DNA of 35,516 nt from an uncultured Caulobacterales bacterium (GTDB lineage Bacteria > Pseudomonadota > Alphaproteobacteria > Caulobacterales > Parvularculaceae). Positions 8,218-17,701 of the stretch are shown here, one piece after another; within the stretch, counting starts at the first letter, position 1; each line of letters begins with the position of its first letter. The translations under genes and the position numbers were made by a program. The notes under the pieces are model-generated. The model had not been told where the DNA came from. It did not search any database and saw only the letters and a program-made list of their open reading frames with translations. Location: positions 1 to 35,516 of the forward strand of contig CAYSMJ010000005.1 of assembly GCA_964432075.1 (NCBI GenBank), read 5' to 3'.

Positions 8218-10674
8218 TCAATAACTCGCACCAACTTCGATCCCGAAAGCGCGGGGCTCACCGTACTGACTGAAAACCCAAAGATTGGCCACGGGCTGGG
8301 ATGAAACGCGATAGCGCTTATCCGTCAGATTACGGCCAAACAGTCGGACAAACCAACGGTCATCAATGTCAGCGACTTCAATTGTTGCACTTAAAAGCGT
8401 ACGGGCGTTCAGCGTCGTATCGAATTCCGGTCCGAGATCGGAATAATTATTGATGTTTTCATCCTCATGAGCCGCCGTAATACCAATCCGGCCAATCATG
8501 CTGTCTCCCACGGGGGTCTCATAACGTCCAAATACTGTCCACAGCTTTTCCGGTGTTCGGTTCAATGGCCGACCAGAAAAGTCGACATCGATGGTGCCGT
8601 CAAAGTCTGTGTCAGCTTCAAAGGAAATAAACTCGCCCTCCTGCCACGAGAAGTTCCCACCGATAGTCAGCCCATCAATCGGCGTGATCCACTGGGAGTC
8701 CAACTCGATCCCGTAGACTTCCACTTCTGCGGCATTAAAGAACCGTGTTTCCTGGAATTCAACGCCCTCACTGTTAACCAGGGTTGCTGCAATCTGCCGC
8801 TGGGCGTCATCGGTTTTCACATAAAATGCAGTCGGATTAAACCGGAATGCACCGTCAAACCATTCGGTACGGAAACCGAGTTCGTAGGACGTCACCGTCT
8901 CCGGCCGGGTTGCGGCGATACCAGCCGGTGTCAGTGCGTTCCCGGTCGTACCGGCCTGGTCATTGAAGACGCCGGAACGGAAACTCCGCGCATAGTTGAA
9001 ATAGCCGAAGATATCATCGGTAAATGCATAGGAAAGGACCGCACGCCAGCTCGGTTCGCTTGAGTCAAGCGGTTCAGCTGCAAGAACACCTGTGGGGAAG
9101 CGTTCAAAATCAGCACCACCGAGCAGGCCGACCGTGTCAAAATTCAGTTCAGGGTCAAAGCCTCCGTCAAGTGCCTGGAAAAACACCTGGTTTCTGCCAA
9201 TCCATTCCTTGTCCTCCCACGTGAAGCGGAAACCGCCAGCAAGGGTCAGACGATCATTGAATGCGTAAGTCAGGTCACCAAAGAGCGCAAAAGCGTCCGC
9301 ATCCTGTGCGTTACACAAAACCTGGGGATTATCGTTGAACGTTCCGAACGGAAGCTCCAGTCCGAACAAATCGAGAAAACCGAGAACCTGGGTCACACAG
9401 AAGGTTGTATCATTGGACTGATAGAACCCGCCAGCGACCAGATCAAGCTGATCGGAGATCGACCAGTTAAGACGTAATTCCTGCTGGAAGGTCTCACGAT
9501 CGTCTGCGCGGTTGGCATCAAACTGTGAAATCGGACCAACCTCACCGACATAATTGTTGGTAAGCGCCGATCTCTGATTTCGCAGGCCGGTGATCGACCG
9601 CACAGTGATGGCGTCATTCACATCCCAGGTCAGGTTGAGATAATAGCCGTTTACATCAACCTGGTGGCCATCAAAAAGACCGATATCGAAACGGCCGATT
9701 GCTTCACGATTTGTAACCCCCGCATTGTCGAGGGGATCACCAGGGTCTTGCTGGAAACCGAGATTATTGAAGACAAAATTCGGATTACCCACCGGAGTCT
9801 CGTTTATCGCCGGAACAGTATCAGAATCGTCGCGTACCAGTTCATACTGGAACAGCGCCTCAAAATTGGATGTCGGTTGCCACAGCATTTTCGTCCGCAA
9901 GTTGATCACATCCTCGCCGCCGAGGCTCGAGCCATCGCCTTCACCCGAGAAAAACTGGCCGACCGGAACATTGAAGACAGGACCGAAAGCCGCACCGTTC
10001 CGGTAATAGCCATTGGACCGCTGGTACTGACCGGCGAAACGAAAAGCGAGCTGGTCACCGATCGGAAGGTTCAGCGCCAGTCGGGTCTCAACCCGGCCAA
10101 ACGAACCGGCCTGGATCCGGCCTTCACCGCCAACCTCGCCGAGCACCGGTTTTTTCGTCCGCACAACGACGGCGCCAGAGGTTGAGTTTTTGCCAAACAG
10201 TGTCCCCTGAGGACCGCGTAGGACTTCGATCTGCTCAATATCAAACAGGTCCAGCAATTGCGTCTGAACGTGTGGGACAACGAAATCATCCAATAGAACA
10301 GCGACCTGCGGCTCGTTATAAACAATAATGTCGGTTTGCGCGGCGCCGCGGATCGCAAACGAGGCCGCGTTGAAGCCGGTTACTTTGGCTGCGGAAAAGT
10401 TTGGAACCAGAACGGCAATATCGCCAAGATCGCGGGGGACAATTCCGTCGACGGTTTCATCATTGAGCGCCGTAACCGCGACCGGCGTTTCCTGCAGGCT
10501 TGTCTCGCGCCGCGTTGCCTGAACGATGATCTCATCGCCGCCTGTCTGTGCGGACGCTGTCATTGCAAGCCCCGGTGCGCCGCCGCCGGCAATCAATGCA
10601 CCACATAAAGCGCTTTTCAGCGTGACCGGCGCCACCCCAAGCCGAAGCCACGATTTCGTTGAAAATTTTGCCAT
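8218..10674 (-). CDS. TonB-dependent outer-membrane receptor
   Basis: 818 aa with a signal peptide, a plug region (DEIIVQATRRETSLQETPVAVTAL) and long beta-barrel-like repeats ending in an aromatic residue. GGAGG RBS. Confidence 0.9.
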   Translation of the reverse strand: MAKFSTKSWLRLGVAPVTLKSALCGALIAGGGAPGLAMTASAQTGGDEIIVQATRRETSLQETPVAVTALNDETVDGIVPRDLGDIAVLVPNFSAAKVTGFNAASFAIRGAAQTDIIVYNEPQVAVLLDDFVVPHVQTQLLDLFDIEQIEVLRGPQGTLFGKNSTSGAVVVRTKKPVLGEVGGEGRIQAGSFGRVETRLALNLPIGDQLAFRFAGQYQRSNGYYRNGAAFGPVFNVPVGQFFSGEGDGSSLGGEDVINLRTKMLWQPTSNFEALFQYELVRDDSDTVPAINETPVGNPNFVFNNLGFQQDPGDPLDNAGVTNREAIGRFDIGLFDGHQVDVNGYYLNLTWDVNDAITVRSITGLRNQRSALTNNYVGEVGPISQFDANRADDRETFQQELRLNWSISDQLDLVAGGFYQSNDTTFCVTQVLGFLDLFGLELPFGTFNDNPQVLCNAQDADAFALFGDLTYAFNDRLTLAGGFRFTWEDKEWIGRNQVFFQALDGGFDPELNFDTVGLLGGADFERFPTGVLAAEPLDSSEPSWRAVLSYAFTDDIFGYFNYARSFRSGVFNDQAGTTGNALTPAGIAATRPETVTSYELGFRTEWFDGAFRFNPTAFYVKTDDAQRQIAATLVNSEGVEFQETRFFNAAEVEVYGIELDSQWITPIDGLTIGGNFSWQEGEFISFEADTDFDGTIDVDFSGRPLNRTPEKLWTVFGRYETPVGDSMIGRIGITAAHEDENINNYSDLGPEFDTTLNARTLLSATIEVADIDDRWFVRLFGRNLTDKRYRVSSQPVANLWVFSQYGEPRAFGIEVGASY

Positions 10675-10802
10675 GATATCCTCCCTGGCTTTACTTAAAT
10701 CGCGGTTTGCTCGCCGCGTTTATCGTTGATCCTTCAGCGGTTTCCGCGCCGCCATAAACGGGTTTTCACATTTCCGGTTTACCGTTTTATTACCCATGTT
10801 GA

Positions 10803-10818
10803 TTTCGCATGTGCGAAA
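10803..10818. promoter_or_regulatory. Inverted repeat TTTCGCA-TG-TGCGAAA in the receptor upstream region
   Basis: Read directly: 7-2-7 inverted repeat, 129-144 nt upstream of the receptor start at 10674. An extra TTCGCG half-site lies at 10835-10840. Confidence 0.3.
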
Positions 10819-10857
10819 CGCAATTTGCACAAAATTCGCGACTCGCCATCCAAATCG

Positions 10858-10881
10858 CAAACAACTATGTTTGTTTTTTTT
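10858..10881 (+). promoter_or_regulatory. Operator-like motif, site b (CAAACAACTATGTTTGTTTTTTTT), a more divergent copy
   Basis: Aligns without gaps to the core of site a; 10 of the 14 central positions are identical, and the flanking AAACA / TGTTTTT arms match too. Confidence 0.45.
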
Positions 10882-10973
10882 CTATGGCGCAAGCACCCTG
10901 AAGGCATGACTACAAAAGGCTTTTAGCGACTATAGTAGAAATGTAACACCCGCCGCAATCTATGGTGCAGCGC

Positions 10974-11004
10974 AAAAAAACAAAACGACATGACTGTTTT
11001 TTTT
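10974..11004 (+). promoter_or_regulatory. Operator-like motif, site c (AAAAAAACAAAACGACATGACTGTTTTTTTT), upstream of the ABM-ligase-ABM operon
   Basis: Same architecture as site a. It ends 76 nt upstream of the ATG at 11080. Confidence 0.6.
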
Positions 11005-11079
11005 CTTGATGCATCTCCGCGCCAAAATGCTATGATCGAGGCTGAAAAATCACACTGACCCTGATTGAGGCAGACCCCG

Positions 11080-11370
11080 ATGACCCACACATTCATTGCC
11101 CGTTTCAAAATCTTTCCGGACAAGGAAGAGCCGTTTCTCGCAGCAGCCGATGAGATGGAAAAAGCTGTTGCGGAAAATGAGCCAGAAGCGCTGCTCTACA
11201 AATTTTATCGGTTGCGCGAGCCAAATCAGTTTGCGGTTATCGAGAGCTTTGCCAGTGAAGCAGCCGATGAAGCGCATCAGCAATCCGACCACTTCACGGC
11301 CATTGCCCCCCGCATGATCGAGTGTATCGACGGCGGCTGGACCCGGGAATATCTCGACCCGCTTCGGTAA
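11080..11370 (+). CDS. ABM (antibiotic biosynthesis monooxygenase-like) domain protein
   Basis: About 97 aa with the ferredoxin-like ABM pattern (EPEALLYKFYRL...FAVIESFASEAADEAHQQSDHF). Confidence 0.75.
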   Translation: MTHTFIARFKIFPDKEEPFLAAADEMEKAVAENEPEALLYKFYRLREPNQFAVIESFASEAADEAHQQSDHFTAIAPRMIECIDGGWTREYLDPLR

Positions 11371-11388
11371 TGGCGAGGAGACGCGTTG

Positions 11389-13047
11389 ATGACCAACCAC
11401 AGCCCGGATGATGTATTCACCCTGAGTGACCTTCTGCTCACGGCCGCCAAGGGACGCCCCGACGCGGACGCGCTCGTATTTCCTGACAGCCGACAAAGTT
11501 ACCGCACATTGTATGGCCGCGCGCGGCAATGGGCGAAAGCCTTCATGGCGCTTGGCGTTCAGCCGCGTGAGCATGTGGCCTTGCTGATGACAACGCAGCC
11601 GGAATTTGTTGAGGCCCTGTTCGGCGCAGCCCTTTGCGGGGCAGCCTGTGTACCGATCAATGCGCGTTATGCCCCGGCAGAACTCGCTTATCTGATTGAT
11701 AACGCGGACATTACGACGCTGGTGACAACAGATAAGGTTGCCGACGCTGTCGATTTTGTCGGGCGGCTCAATGAGGCCTTCGCGGATCTGTCGGCTGCAG
11801 CAATACCGCAAAGCCTCGCCATCAAAAAAGCACCGCGCCTGCGCAATATCATCCTAACCGGAAAGGGAAGCCCCCCGGGCTTCGTTTCCGAATCCGCAAT
11901 AGCAGCGTTATGGCAAAGCGTTTCCGACGCCGACCTCGACACACGGATAAAAGGTGTTCGGCCGGATGATCTCGGCCTTATTCTGTACACATCGGGTACC
12001 ACAGCCAACCCAAAAGGGTGCATGATCGCGCACTCGGCAATAACCGCCAACAGCCGTGCCCTCGGTCGATATCGTTATGAGCTGACAGAAAATGACCGGT
12101 TCTGGTCGCCGCTGCCGATTTTTCATATTGCAGGTATACTGCCAATGGTCGCCGTTTTTGATGTCGGCGGCGCCTACCTGACGATCCCGCACTTTGACGC
12201 TGGTCTCGCGCTTGAGATGCTGGAGCGTGAAAAAGCGACGGCAACCTATCCCTCTTTTGTCACGATCATGCAGGATCTGATCAACCACCCGAATTTTCCG
12301 TCAACAGATCTCTCGCGCGTGCGACTGATGAATTCAAATCTTGGTGTCCAACCCGCAGCCATCAAAGACGCGATATGCAAGGCCATGCCGCACACCATAC
12401 AGGTGGGCACTTACGGCCTCACCGAGGCATCGGGCACGGTGACGACCAGCCGGCTGACCGATAGCCTTGAAACCCGCACAAGCCGTCTGGGTGTCCCCCT
12501 GAAGGGATGGGAACTGAAAATCCTTGATGTCGAAAGCCGCCGTCCCTGTGGCATAGACGAAAAAGGCGAAATCTGTATCCGCGGCCCGGGGATGCTGACC
12601 GGGTATTACAAGGATAATGAAAAAACCGCCGAAGCGATCGACAGCGACGGATGGCTCCACACCGGCGATCTCGGTTCTCTTAACGCAGATGGCCAGATAA
12701 TGTTCCATGGACGGACAAAAGACATGCTCAAGGTTGGCGGCGAAAATGTTGCTGCCGCAGAGATTGAAGCGGTCTTGAATTCCCACCCGGCGGTTGAACT
12801 GGCTCAGGTCGTTGGCGCACCTGACCCGCGTTACGAAGAAGTTGCCGCTGCCTTTATCAAACTGAAAACGGTAGAGCGAACGGGCGAACAAGATCTGATT
12901 GACTATTGTCAGGGAAAGCTCGCCCGCTTTAAAATCCCCCGATATATCCGCTTTGTTGATGATTGGCCGATGTCGACCAGCAAAATCCAGAAGTTCAAGC
13001 TTAAAGACCGAATTGCCCGGGAAATTGCCGCAGATGACGTTGCGTAA
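11389..13047 (+). CDS. AMP-dependent acyl-CoA synthetase/ligase (adenylate-forming family)
   Basis: Motifs LYTSGTTANPKG and TGDLGSLNADGQIMFHGRTKDMLKVGGENV, plus the C-terminal KIQKFKL. GAGGAG RBS before the ATG at 11389; the track start at 11386 is a TTG. Confidence 0.9.
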   Translation: MTNHSPDDVFTLSDLLLTAAKGRPDADALVFPDSRQSYRTLYGRARQWAKAFMALGVQPREHVALLMTTQPEFVEALFGAALCGAACVPINARYAPAELAYLIDNADITTLVTTDKVADAVDFVGRLNEAFADLSAAAIPQSLAIKKAPRLRNIILTGKGSPPGFVSESAIAALWQSVSDADLDTRIKGVRPDDLGLILYTSGTTANPKGCMIAHSAITANSRALGRYRYELTENDRFWSPLPIFHIAGILPMVAVFDVGGAYLTIPHFDAGLALEMLEREKATATYPSFVTIMQDLINHPNFPSTDLSRVRLMNSNLGVQPAAIKDAICKAMPHTIQVGTYGLTEASGTVTTSRLTDSLETRTSRLGVPLKGWELKILDVESRRPCGIDEKGEICIRGPGMLTGYYKDNEKTAEAIDSDGWLHTGDLGSLNADGQIMFHGRTKDMLKVGGENVAAAEIEAVLNSHPAVELAQVVGAPDPRYEEVAAAFIKLKTVERTGEQDLIDYCQGKLARFKIPRYIRFVDDWPMSTSKIQKFKLKDRIAREIAADDVA

Positions 13048-13082
13048 ACCGATTATCCTCCAGAGAAATAGGAAGCCTCACC

Positions 13083-13391
13083 ATGACCGCTTTTGTTGCC
13101 AAACTCGTTGTCGATCCCGCAAAACGTGAAGAGTTTGAAGCGCTTCAGATCGAATTGCGTGAACTTACCCATAAAAACGAGCCCGAAACACCAGTATATG
13201 AATTGATCCACTCTCAGGACGATGAAAATATCTATCTTTGCATAGCAACTTTTACGGACCAGGCGGCATTTGAATTTCATATGCAGACAGATTTTCACGA
13301 TCGCATTGCGCCGAAAGTTCTGGCCTGTCTGTCACAGGAGATGGAGCTTGGCTTTTATGATATTATCGGAAATCCAAAACGCGCAGAGTAA
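13083..13391 (+). CDS. ABM domain protein (second copy)
   Basis: 102 aa with the ABM pattern (EPETPVYELIHS...ATFTDQAAFEFHMQTDFH). Confidence 0.75.
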   Translation: MTAFVAKLVVDPAKREEFEALQIELRELTHKNEPETPVYELIHSQDDENIYLCIATFTDQAAFEFHMQTDFHDRIAPKVLACLSQEMELGFYDIIGNPKRAE

Positions 13392-13400
13392 AGCTTTGGC

Positions 13401-13979
13401 TCATTCAAGAGTTCGGAGCGGTGCTTCTCCCGACCAGCCAATTGCTTTCTTCCTTATGAACCCATAGAACTTTATCAGTTTCTCAACCGGCTCATAAAAT
13501 TCAATTACCAGATTATATCTTTTCCTTGCATCGATCATCGCGAAGCGGACCCCATCCTCAGTATACGCATCAAGCACACACGCCATGCCAAGTCCGTTGG
13601 CATCTTCAAGAGAAGCTTTTACGTCATCAACAAACACGGCTGCATGATGCCAGCCGGGGCTCTGCGCATCATACATGTCACGTATGGCTGACGGCACATC
13701 ATCATGTTGATGAATGAGTTCAATCATTAAATCGCCATACTGGCCGTAGGCTGAGCTATGATCGAAAGAGGTGAGGCTGCCACGATACAGGCTTGAGGAC
13801 AAGGCGATATGGCTCAACTGAAAGAACGGTCCCGCCTCAAGTTCCTTTGCGAAATCACATGCCGCTGTTTCGATGTCCGGTGCATGCCAGGCCCATTGAA
13901 CCACGGGGCCAAAAATGGTCTCGCGCGGCAATGTTGCGAGCGATGCCTTTAATTTAGACACAGAACGTTCAATATTCAC
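13401..13979 (-). CDS. VOC (glyoxalase/bleomycin resistance/extradiol dioxygenase) family protein
   Basis: Two-module VOC-like sequence (GWHHAAVFVDDVKASLE). The GTG start overlaps the upstream stop (GTGA). Confidence 0.7.
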   Translation of the reverse strand: MNIERSVSKLKASLATLPRETIFGPVVQWAWHAPDIETAACDFAKELEAGPFFQLSHIALSSSLYRGSLTSFDHSSAYGQYGDLMIELIHQHDDVPSAIRDMYDAQSPGWHHAAVFVDDVKASLEDANGLGMACVLDAYTEDGVRFAMIDARKRYNLVIEFYEPVEKLIKFYGFIRKKAIGWSGEAPLRTLE

Positions 13980-14515
13980 GTAGTTAATTCATCAGCACTT
14001 CGGACTGGGCGTTGTCCATCCCAGTTTTCGGCGGCCTTTCGGACGGCAGCAAAATAGCTGTGGATAAAAGGAATATCCTCAAGGACTTCGACCATTCCGC
14101 CCAGGACAGAAGAGGTGTCAACATAGGCAAACCGGAGTGGCCCGAATTTTCCACTGGAAGCAATCGGAAAGCCAAGCGCCTGATACCGCGCGAGCTCGCT
14201 ATCGTAATCTTCGACGATCACGGCCTTGTGGTGAAACCCTTCTTCACCCCTGGCAAAGAGGTCGCGATAACAGGAAGGACTATCGCAATGCTGCTCGATC
14301 AATTCCACATGAACGTCGCCGGCCTGGGCCATAGCCACCGAGAACTCGACCTTTTGTGGTTTGCTGCGATACATCGGGTCCTGAACATCCGGACGATCAA
14401 GAATAAAAAAAGGGCCAATACCGAACGCCTCACTCCAGCGTTCGGCTGCCTTGAGGCAGTCATTGACCACATAGGCCATCTGTAAAATCTTGTGGTTCAT
14501 TGCGGGCTGGATCAT
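13976..14515 (-). CDS. VOC family protein (tandem paralog)
   Basis: ILQMAYVVNDCLKAAERW...GFHHKAVIVEDYDSEL. The preferred start is the ATG at 14515 (MIQPAM), preceded by GGGAG; the track start at 14542 is a TTG. Confidence 0.7.
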   Translation of the reverse strand: MIQPAMNHKILQMAYVVNDCLKAAERWSEAFGIGPFFILDRPDVQDPMYRSKPQKVEFSVAMAQAGDVHVELIEQHCDSPSCYRDLFARGEEGFHHKAVIVEDYDSELARYQALGFPIASSGKFGPLRFAYVDTSSVLGGMVEVLEDIPFIHSYFAAVRKAAENWDGQRPVRSADELTT

Positions 14516-14556
14516 TTGTGTTTCACTCCCATGCTTCGCCAAGACCAGACTGGTTT

Positions 14557-15918
14557 TCAGCTTGTTTTCTCATGGACCCGCACTGTCTTGTCTGCGCCAA
14601 CATAATCTTCCAAAGTCTTGTGAAAGTGACGAATGCGTAATTCCTGGTCCCCGATCCACAATCCTTCATAGGCTTCCGACTGCATGCCTCTTTGTACGTG
14701 GGGCAGATTATAGGCGTCTTGATTTATCACAAGCCCAAGCGAGGTTTCACCATATTTGTAATCGCGATGCTGGGGTTTTTCATAATTATCCCAGTCAAAA
14801 TCTTTATCGGGTAACTCGAACATATAATAGTCAAAGAACATCTTATTCGGATCTTCCGGATGGGGGCGTTGTCGGAACATCATCATATCGTCCGAGTGGA
14901 CATTCATGGTGATGTTCGGGAAGATCATATAGTGATAATCATCGGTTAACTGATCATCGTTAAGATCACTATAATCTCTTCCCTGCGCGGATCCGCTTTC
15001 CCGTTTGAATTTCTGCACCGCTTCGCGTGCGTCGTAAATCGAGCCTTCGTAGGAGGCCGGATCCATGCCCGCATCGCGCATGACCACCTTGATCGGCGGC
15101 GGGATCTCCGAGGGCGAGACCACGCGCGGACTGAGAACGCCAAAGGCAATCAGATATCGATTATGTTTGTCATAACAATCAATCTGGATATCAAGATCAT
15201 CGAGATAGTACAGCAATTGCGGGTGGATGCCCTGAACATGATAGCTCTCATTGAAAGCATCGACCGAGGCTTTCCAATTACAGTCCCACTCAACCGTCAC
15301 CTGCCGGGTACAAACCATCCGATCGAAATGATAGGGGTCAAGATGTTCAGGAATAATGCCCAGATAATCGCCAAGTGGCTCAACATCGGGGTCAAGACTG
15401 AACCAGACAAACGAGCCCCAAACGTCACAGGGCACACAGATCAATCCACCGCAGGGTGGTGCTCCTTGTGGAAAGGTCTCTAAATCCGGAATGTTGAAGA
15501 AACCGCCATCGGCCTTGTATTCCCAGTTGTGATAGCGGCATCGAAAAGTTGTTGGCCCGTCTTGATTTCCCTCGTGGGGCTTGTGAACCGAGTGAACAAG
15601 CTTGTTCCCACGATGCTGGCAAACATTGTAAAATGCCCGGACTGACGCATCAGCTTGGCGCACAAGCAGAATAGATTCCTTGCCGATCTCTGTGACATAA
15701 TGGTCGCCCGGATTGGGAATATCGTCTTCGCGGCAGCCAAGAAGCCAAACCTTTTTCCAGAGATTGGTCCATTCGCGCTCCATATAATCGCGCGAGGTAT
15801 ATCGCTGTTTTGGGATCAGCCCATCTGGCAGATTTGGACGTGGCGTCCTGTCAATGGGCGTACCGCCTCGAATGGCGGTTTCTACTCGCTTGATCCGTTG
15901 CTGACGACGGACTTTCAT
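14557..15918 (-). CDS. Rieske [2Fe-2S] ring-hydroxylating oxygenase, alpha subunit (paralog 2)
   Basis: CQHRGNKL...CRYHNW and NWKASVDAFNESYHVQGIH. Confidence 0.9.
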   Translation of the reverse strand: MKVRRQQRIKRVETAIRGGTPIDRTPRPNLPDGLIPKQRYTSRDYMEREWTNLWKKVWLLGCREDDIPNPGDHYVTEIGKESILLVRQADASVRAFYNVCQHRGNKLVHSVHKPHEGNQDGPTTFRCRYHNWEYKADGGFFNIPDLETFPQGAPPCGGLICVPCDVWGSFVWFSLDPDVEPLGDYLGIIPEHLDPYHFDRMVCTRQVTVEWDCNWKASVDAFNESYHVQGIHPQLLYYLDDLDIQIDCYDKHNRYLIAFGVLSPRVVSPSEIPPPIKVVMRDAGMDPASYEGSIYDAREAVQKFKRESGSAQGRDYSDLNDDQLTDDYHYMIFPNITMNVHSDDMMMFRQRPHPEDPNKMFFDYYMFELPDKDFDWDNYEKPQHRDYKYGETSLGLVINQDAYNLPHVQRGMQSEAYEGLWIGDQELRIRHFHKTLEDYVGADKTVRVHEKTS

Positions 15919-15943
15919 AGACTTACTCCGCTAACGGAAAGGT

Positions 15944-16708
15944 TTAAAACTGCACCCGCTTCGTATACCCGCCATCGACAACAAGATTGACGCCTGTGAC
16001 CCAGCGGGCGGCTTCACTGGAAAGAAAAACGATACAATTTGCAACTTCTTCCGGCGTACCAAGACGGCCCAGAGCATGGGTGCGCTCGGTTTTCTCGTAA
16101 AATTTCTCATTTGAAATCTTGATCATATCCCAGGCGCCTCCATCAAAATAGATCGGCCCTGGAGAAACCGAATTAACCCGCACGCCGATAGGCCCGTGCT
16201 CCTGGCTCAATTGCTTGGCATAGGTAATAAGAGCGGCTTTCATGGCGTTATAGGCCTGTGGCACCATAAAGGTTTCAACGGCGGCCGTAGTCGAGATCAT
16301 GGTAATGGCGCCACCGCCACGCTTTTGCATATGCGGGATGACGGCCTCGACCCCGCGCACCGTGCCCAGAACATCGATTTCGAAATTTTTCCACCAGTTC
16401 TTTTCAGAATCGGCACCGCCACCGGCCGACACATTTGGAATAAAGACATCGACCCCGCCCAGCTCCTCGGCCATCGCCTCTATCCAGGCTTCGTACTCTT
16501 CCTTGTTTTTGATATTGCATGGTGCCCCGGTGATCCGACCATCCGCCAGAAGTTTTATTTCCTTGACGGCCTTGTTTACGCTTTCCGGCGAGCGCGAGCA
16601 GATCGCGACATTTGCTCCCTCTTCGGCAAACAGATTTGCGATACGACGACCGATCCCCTGCGTCGCCCCCGTGATCAGAACATTTTTACCACGCAAACCC
16701 AGATCCAT
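15944..16708 (-). CDS. SDR-family oxidoreductase
   Basis: MDLGLRGKNVLITGATQGIG. GGAGG precedes the ATG at 16708. The longer track ORF (to 16858) would run through operator site d. Confidence 0.85.
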   Translation of the reverse strand: MDLGLRGKNVLITGATQGIGRRIANLFAEEGANVAICSRSPESVNKAVKEIKLLADGRITGAPCNIKNKEEYEAWIEAMAEELGGVDVFIPNVSAGGGADSEKNWWKNFEIDVLGTVRGVEAVIPHMQKRGGGAITMISTTAAVETFMVPQAYNAMKAALITYAKQLSQEHGPIGVRVNSVSPGPIYFDGGAWDMIKISNEKFYEKTERTHALGRLGTPEEVANCIVFLSSEAARWVTGVNLVVDGGYTKRVQF

Positions 16709-16730
16709 CTGGCACGCCTCCATTCGAAAT

Positions 16731-16757
16731 AAAAGACAATCATGTCTGTTTGTTTTT
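16731..16757 (-). promoter_or_regulatory. Operator-like motif, site d (minus strand: AAAAACAAACAGACATGATTGTCTTTT)
   Basis: Identical to site a at 25 of its 26 positions. It ends 22 nt upstream of the SDR start at 16708. TTGACC lies 17 nt upstream of the internal CATGAT, so the motif could overlap a promoter. Confidence 0.65.
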
Positions 16758-16939
16758 GTGCGGTCAAGCGCGAAGACGCACGCGAGAAACAGCCCTTCGA
16801 TGGCTTGACACGATCGCATCAGACCCATGGCGTCGAAACAACCGGCAAACGGGTACAACGCAACACGAGGTCACGCCGCCAGCCAGACGGCAAGCGGGCG
16901 TTTGCCTTGCTTGCTGCGCCGGTCCAGCGCGGATGCCGA

Positions 16940-17701
16940 TCAGGCGGGCCGCGCCGTCAAACCATTGTCGATGACAAATTCCGCACCGGTGACAAACCGG
17001 CTTTCGTCAGAAGCGAGATAAACAAGCATATTCGCCACATCGGCGGGCGTACCAAGACTATCGGCCGGCAAGACACCTGTTTCCGGGATTTCCATCGGTT
17101 TTTCGCCGGCACGCCCCTGCGCTGTCTGTACCATCGGTGTTTCAATCGCCCCGGCATGCACGGAGTTACACCGCACGGGATATCCTTCGGCCTGGCAATG
17201 GGCGGCAATTGATTTCGTCATTGATCGGACAGCGCCTTTAGCGGCGGTGTAAGCAAAGAAAATCGGAAAACCCACATGGGAAGCGACTGATGACATGTTG
17301 ATGATTGAGCCGCCTGCTCCGGTTTTCAATAACGGCATGGCGTATTTGGCGCCAAGAAAAACGCCTTCAGACATCACCGAATTCGCGAAGCGGAACTGCT
17401 CAAGCGTACAATCCTCCGGGTTCGACAAGATGACCACGCCAGCATTGTTGACAAGAATATCGAGCCCACCTTCGGTATTCGCAATATCGGCAAGGACCGA
17501 CTTCCAGTCTTCCTCGCTGGTTACGTCGTGTTTCAGAAAACGCGCACCCTCAATCGCCGCGGCCGCCGCCGCGCCCTTTTGCGTATCCACATCCGTCATG
17601 ACGACCTGAGCGCCCTCGCGGGCGAAAAGACGCGCATCTTCAAGGCCAAGGCCCGATGCCGCACCGGTGATCAACGCTATTTTTCCTTCAAGCCGACTCA
17701 T
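16940..17701 (-). CDS. SDR-family oxidoreductase
   Basis: MSRLEGKIALITGAASGLG, NNAG and YTAAKGAV motifs. GGAGG lies 5 nt upstream of the ATG at 17701. Confidence 0.9.
   Translation of the reverse strand: MSRLEGKIALITGAASGLGLEDARLFAREGAQVVMTDVDTQKGAAAAAAIEGARFLKHDVTSEEDWKSVLADIANTEGGLDILVNNAGVVILSNPEDCTLEQFRFANSVMSEGVFLGAKYAMPLLKTGAGGSIINMSSVASHVGFPIFFAYTAAKGAVRSMTKSIAAHCQAEGYPVRCNSVHAGAIETPMVQTAQGRAGEKPMEIPETGVLPADSLGTPADVANMLVYLASDESRFVTGAEFVIDNGLTARPA

Noticed and set aside
8467-10185. Plus-strand ORFs 8467..9063 (198 aa) and 9664..10185 (173 aa)
   Set aside because: They are antisense to the TonB-dependent receptor and their composition is not protein-like.
10675-10800. Possible riboswitch (cobalamin or TPP) in the leader of the TonB-dependent receptor
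   Set aside because: I could not find the conserved B12-box or TPP core sequences on the minus strand. Only an AGCCAGGGAGG stretch is present, and that is the RBS.
11050-12891. Minus-strand ORFs 11050..11811 (253 aa), 11688..12050, 11908..12288 and 12334..12891
   Set aside because: They are antisense shadows of the ABM and acyl-CoA ligase genes. They have no recognisable motifs, and 11050..11811 would also run through the intergenic RBS region.
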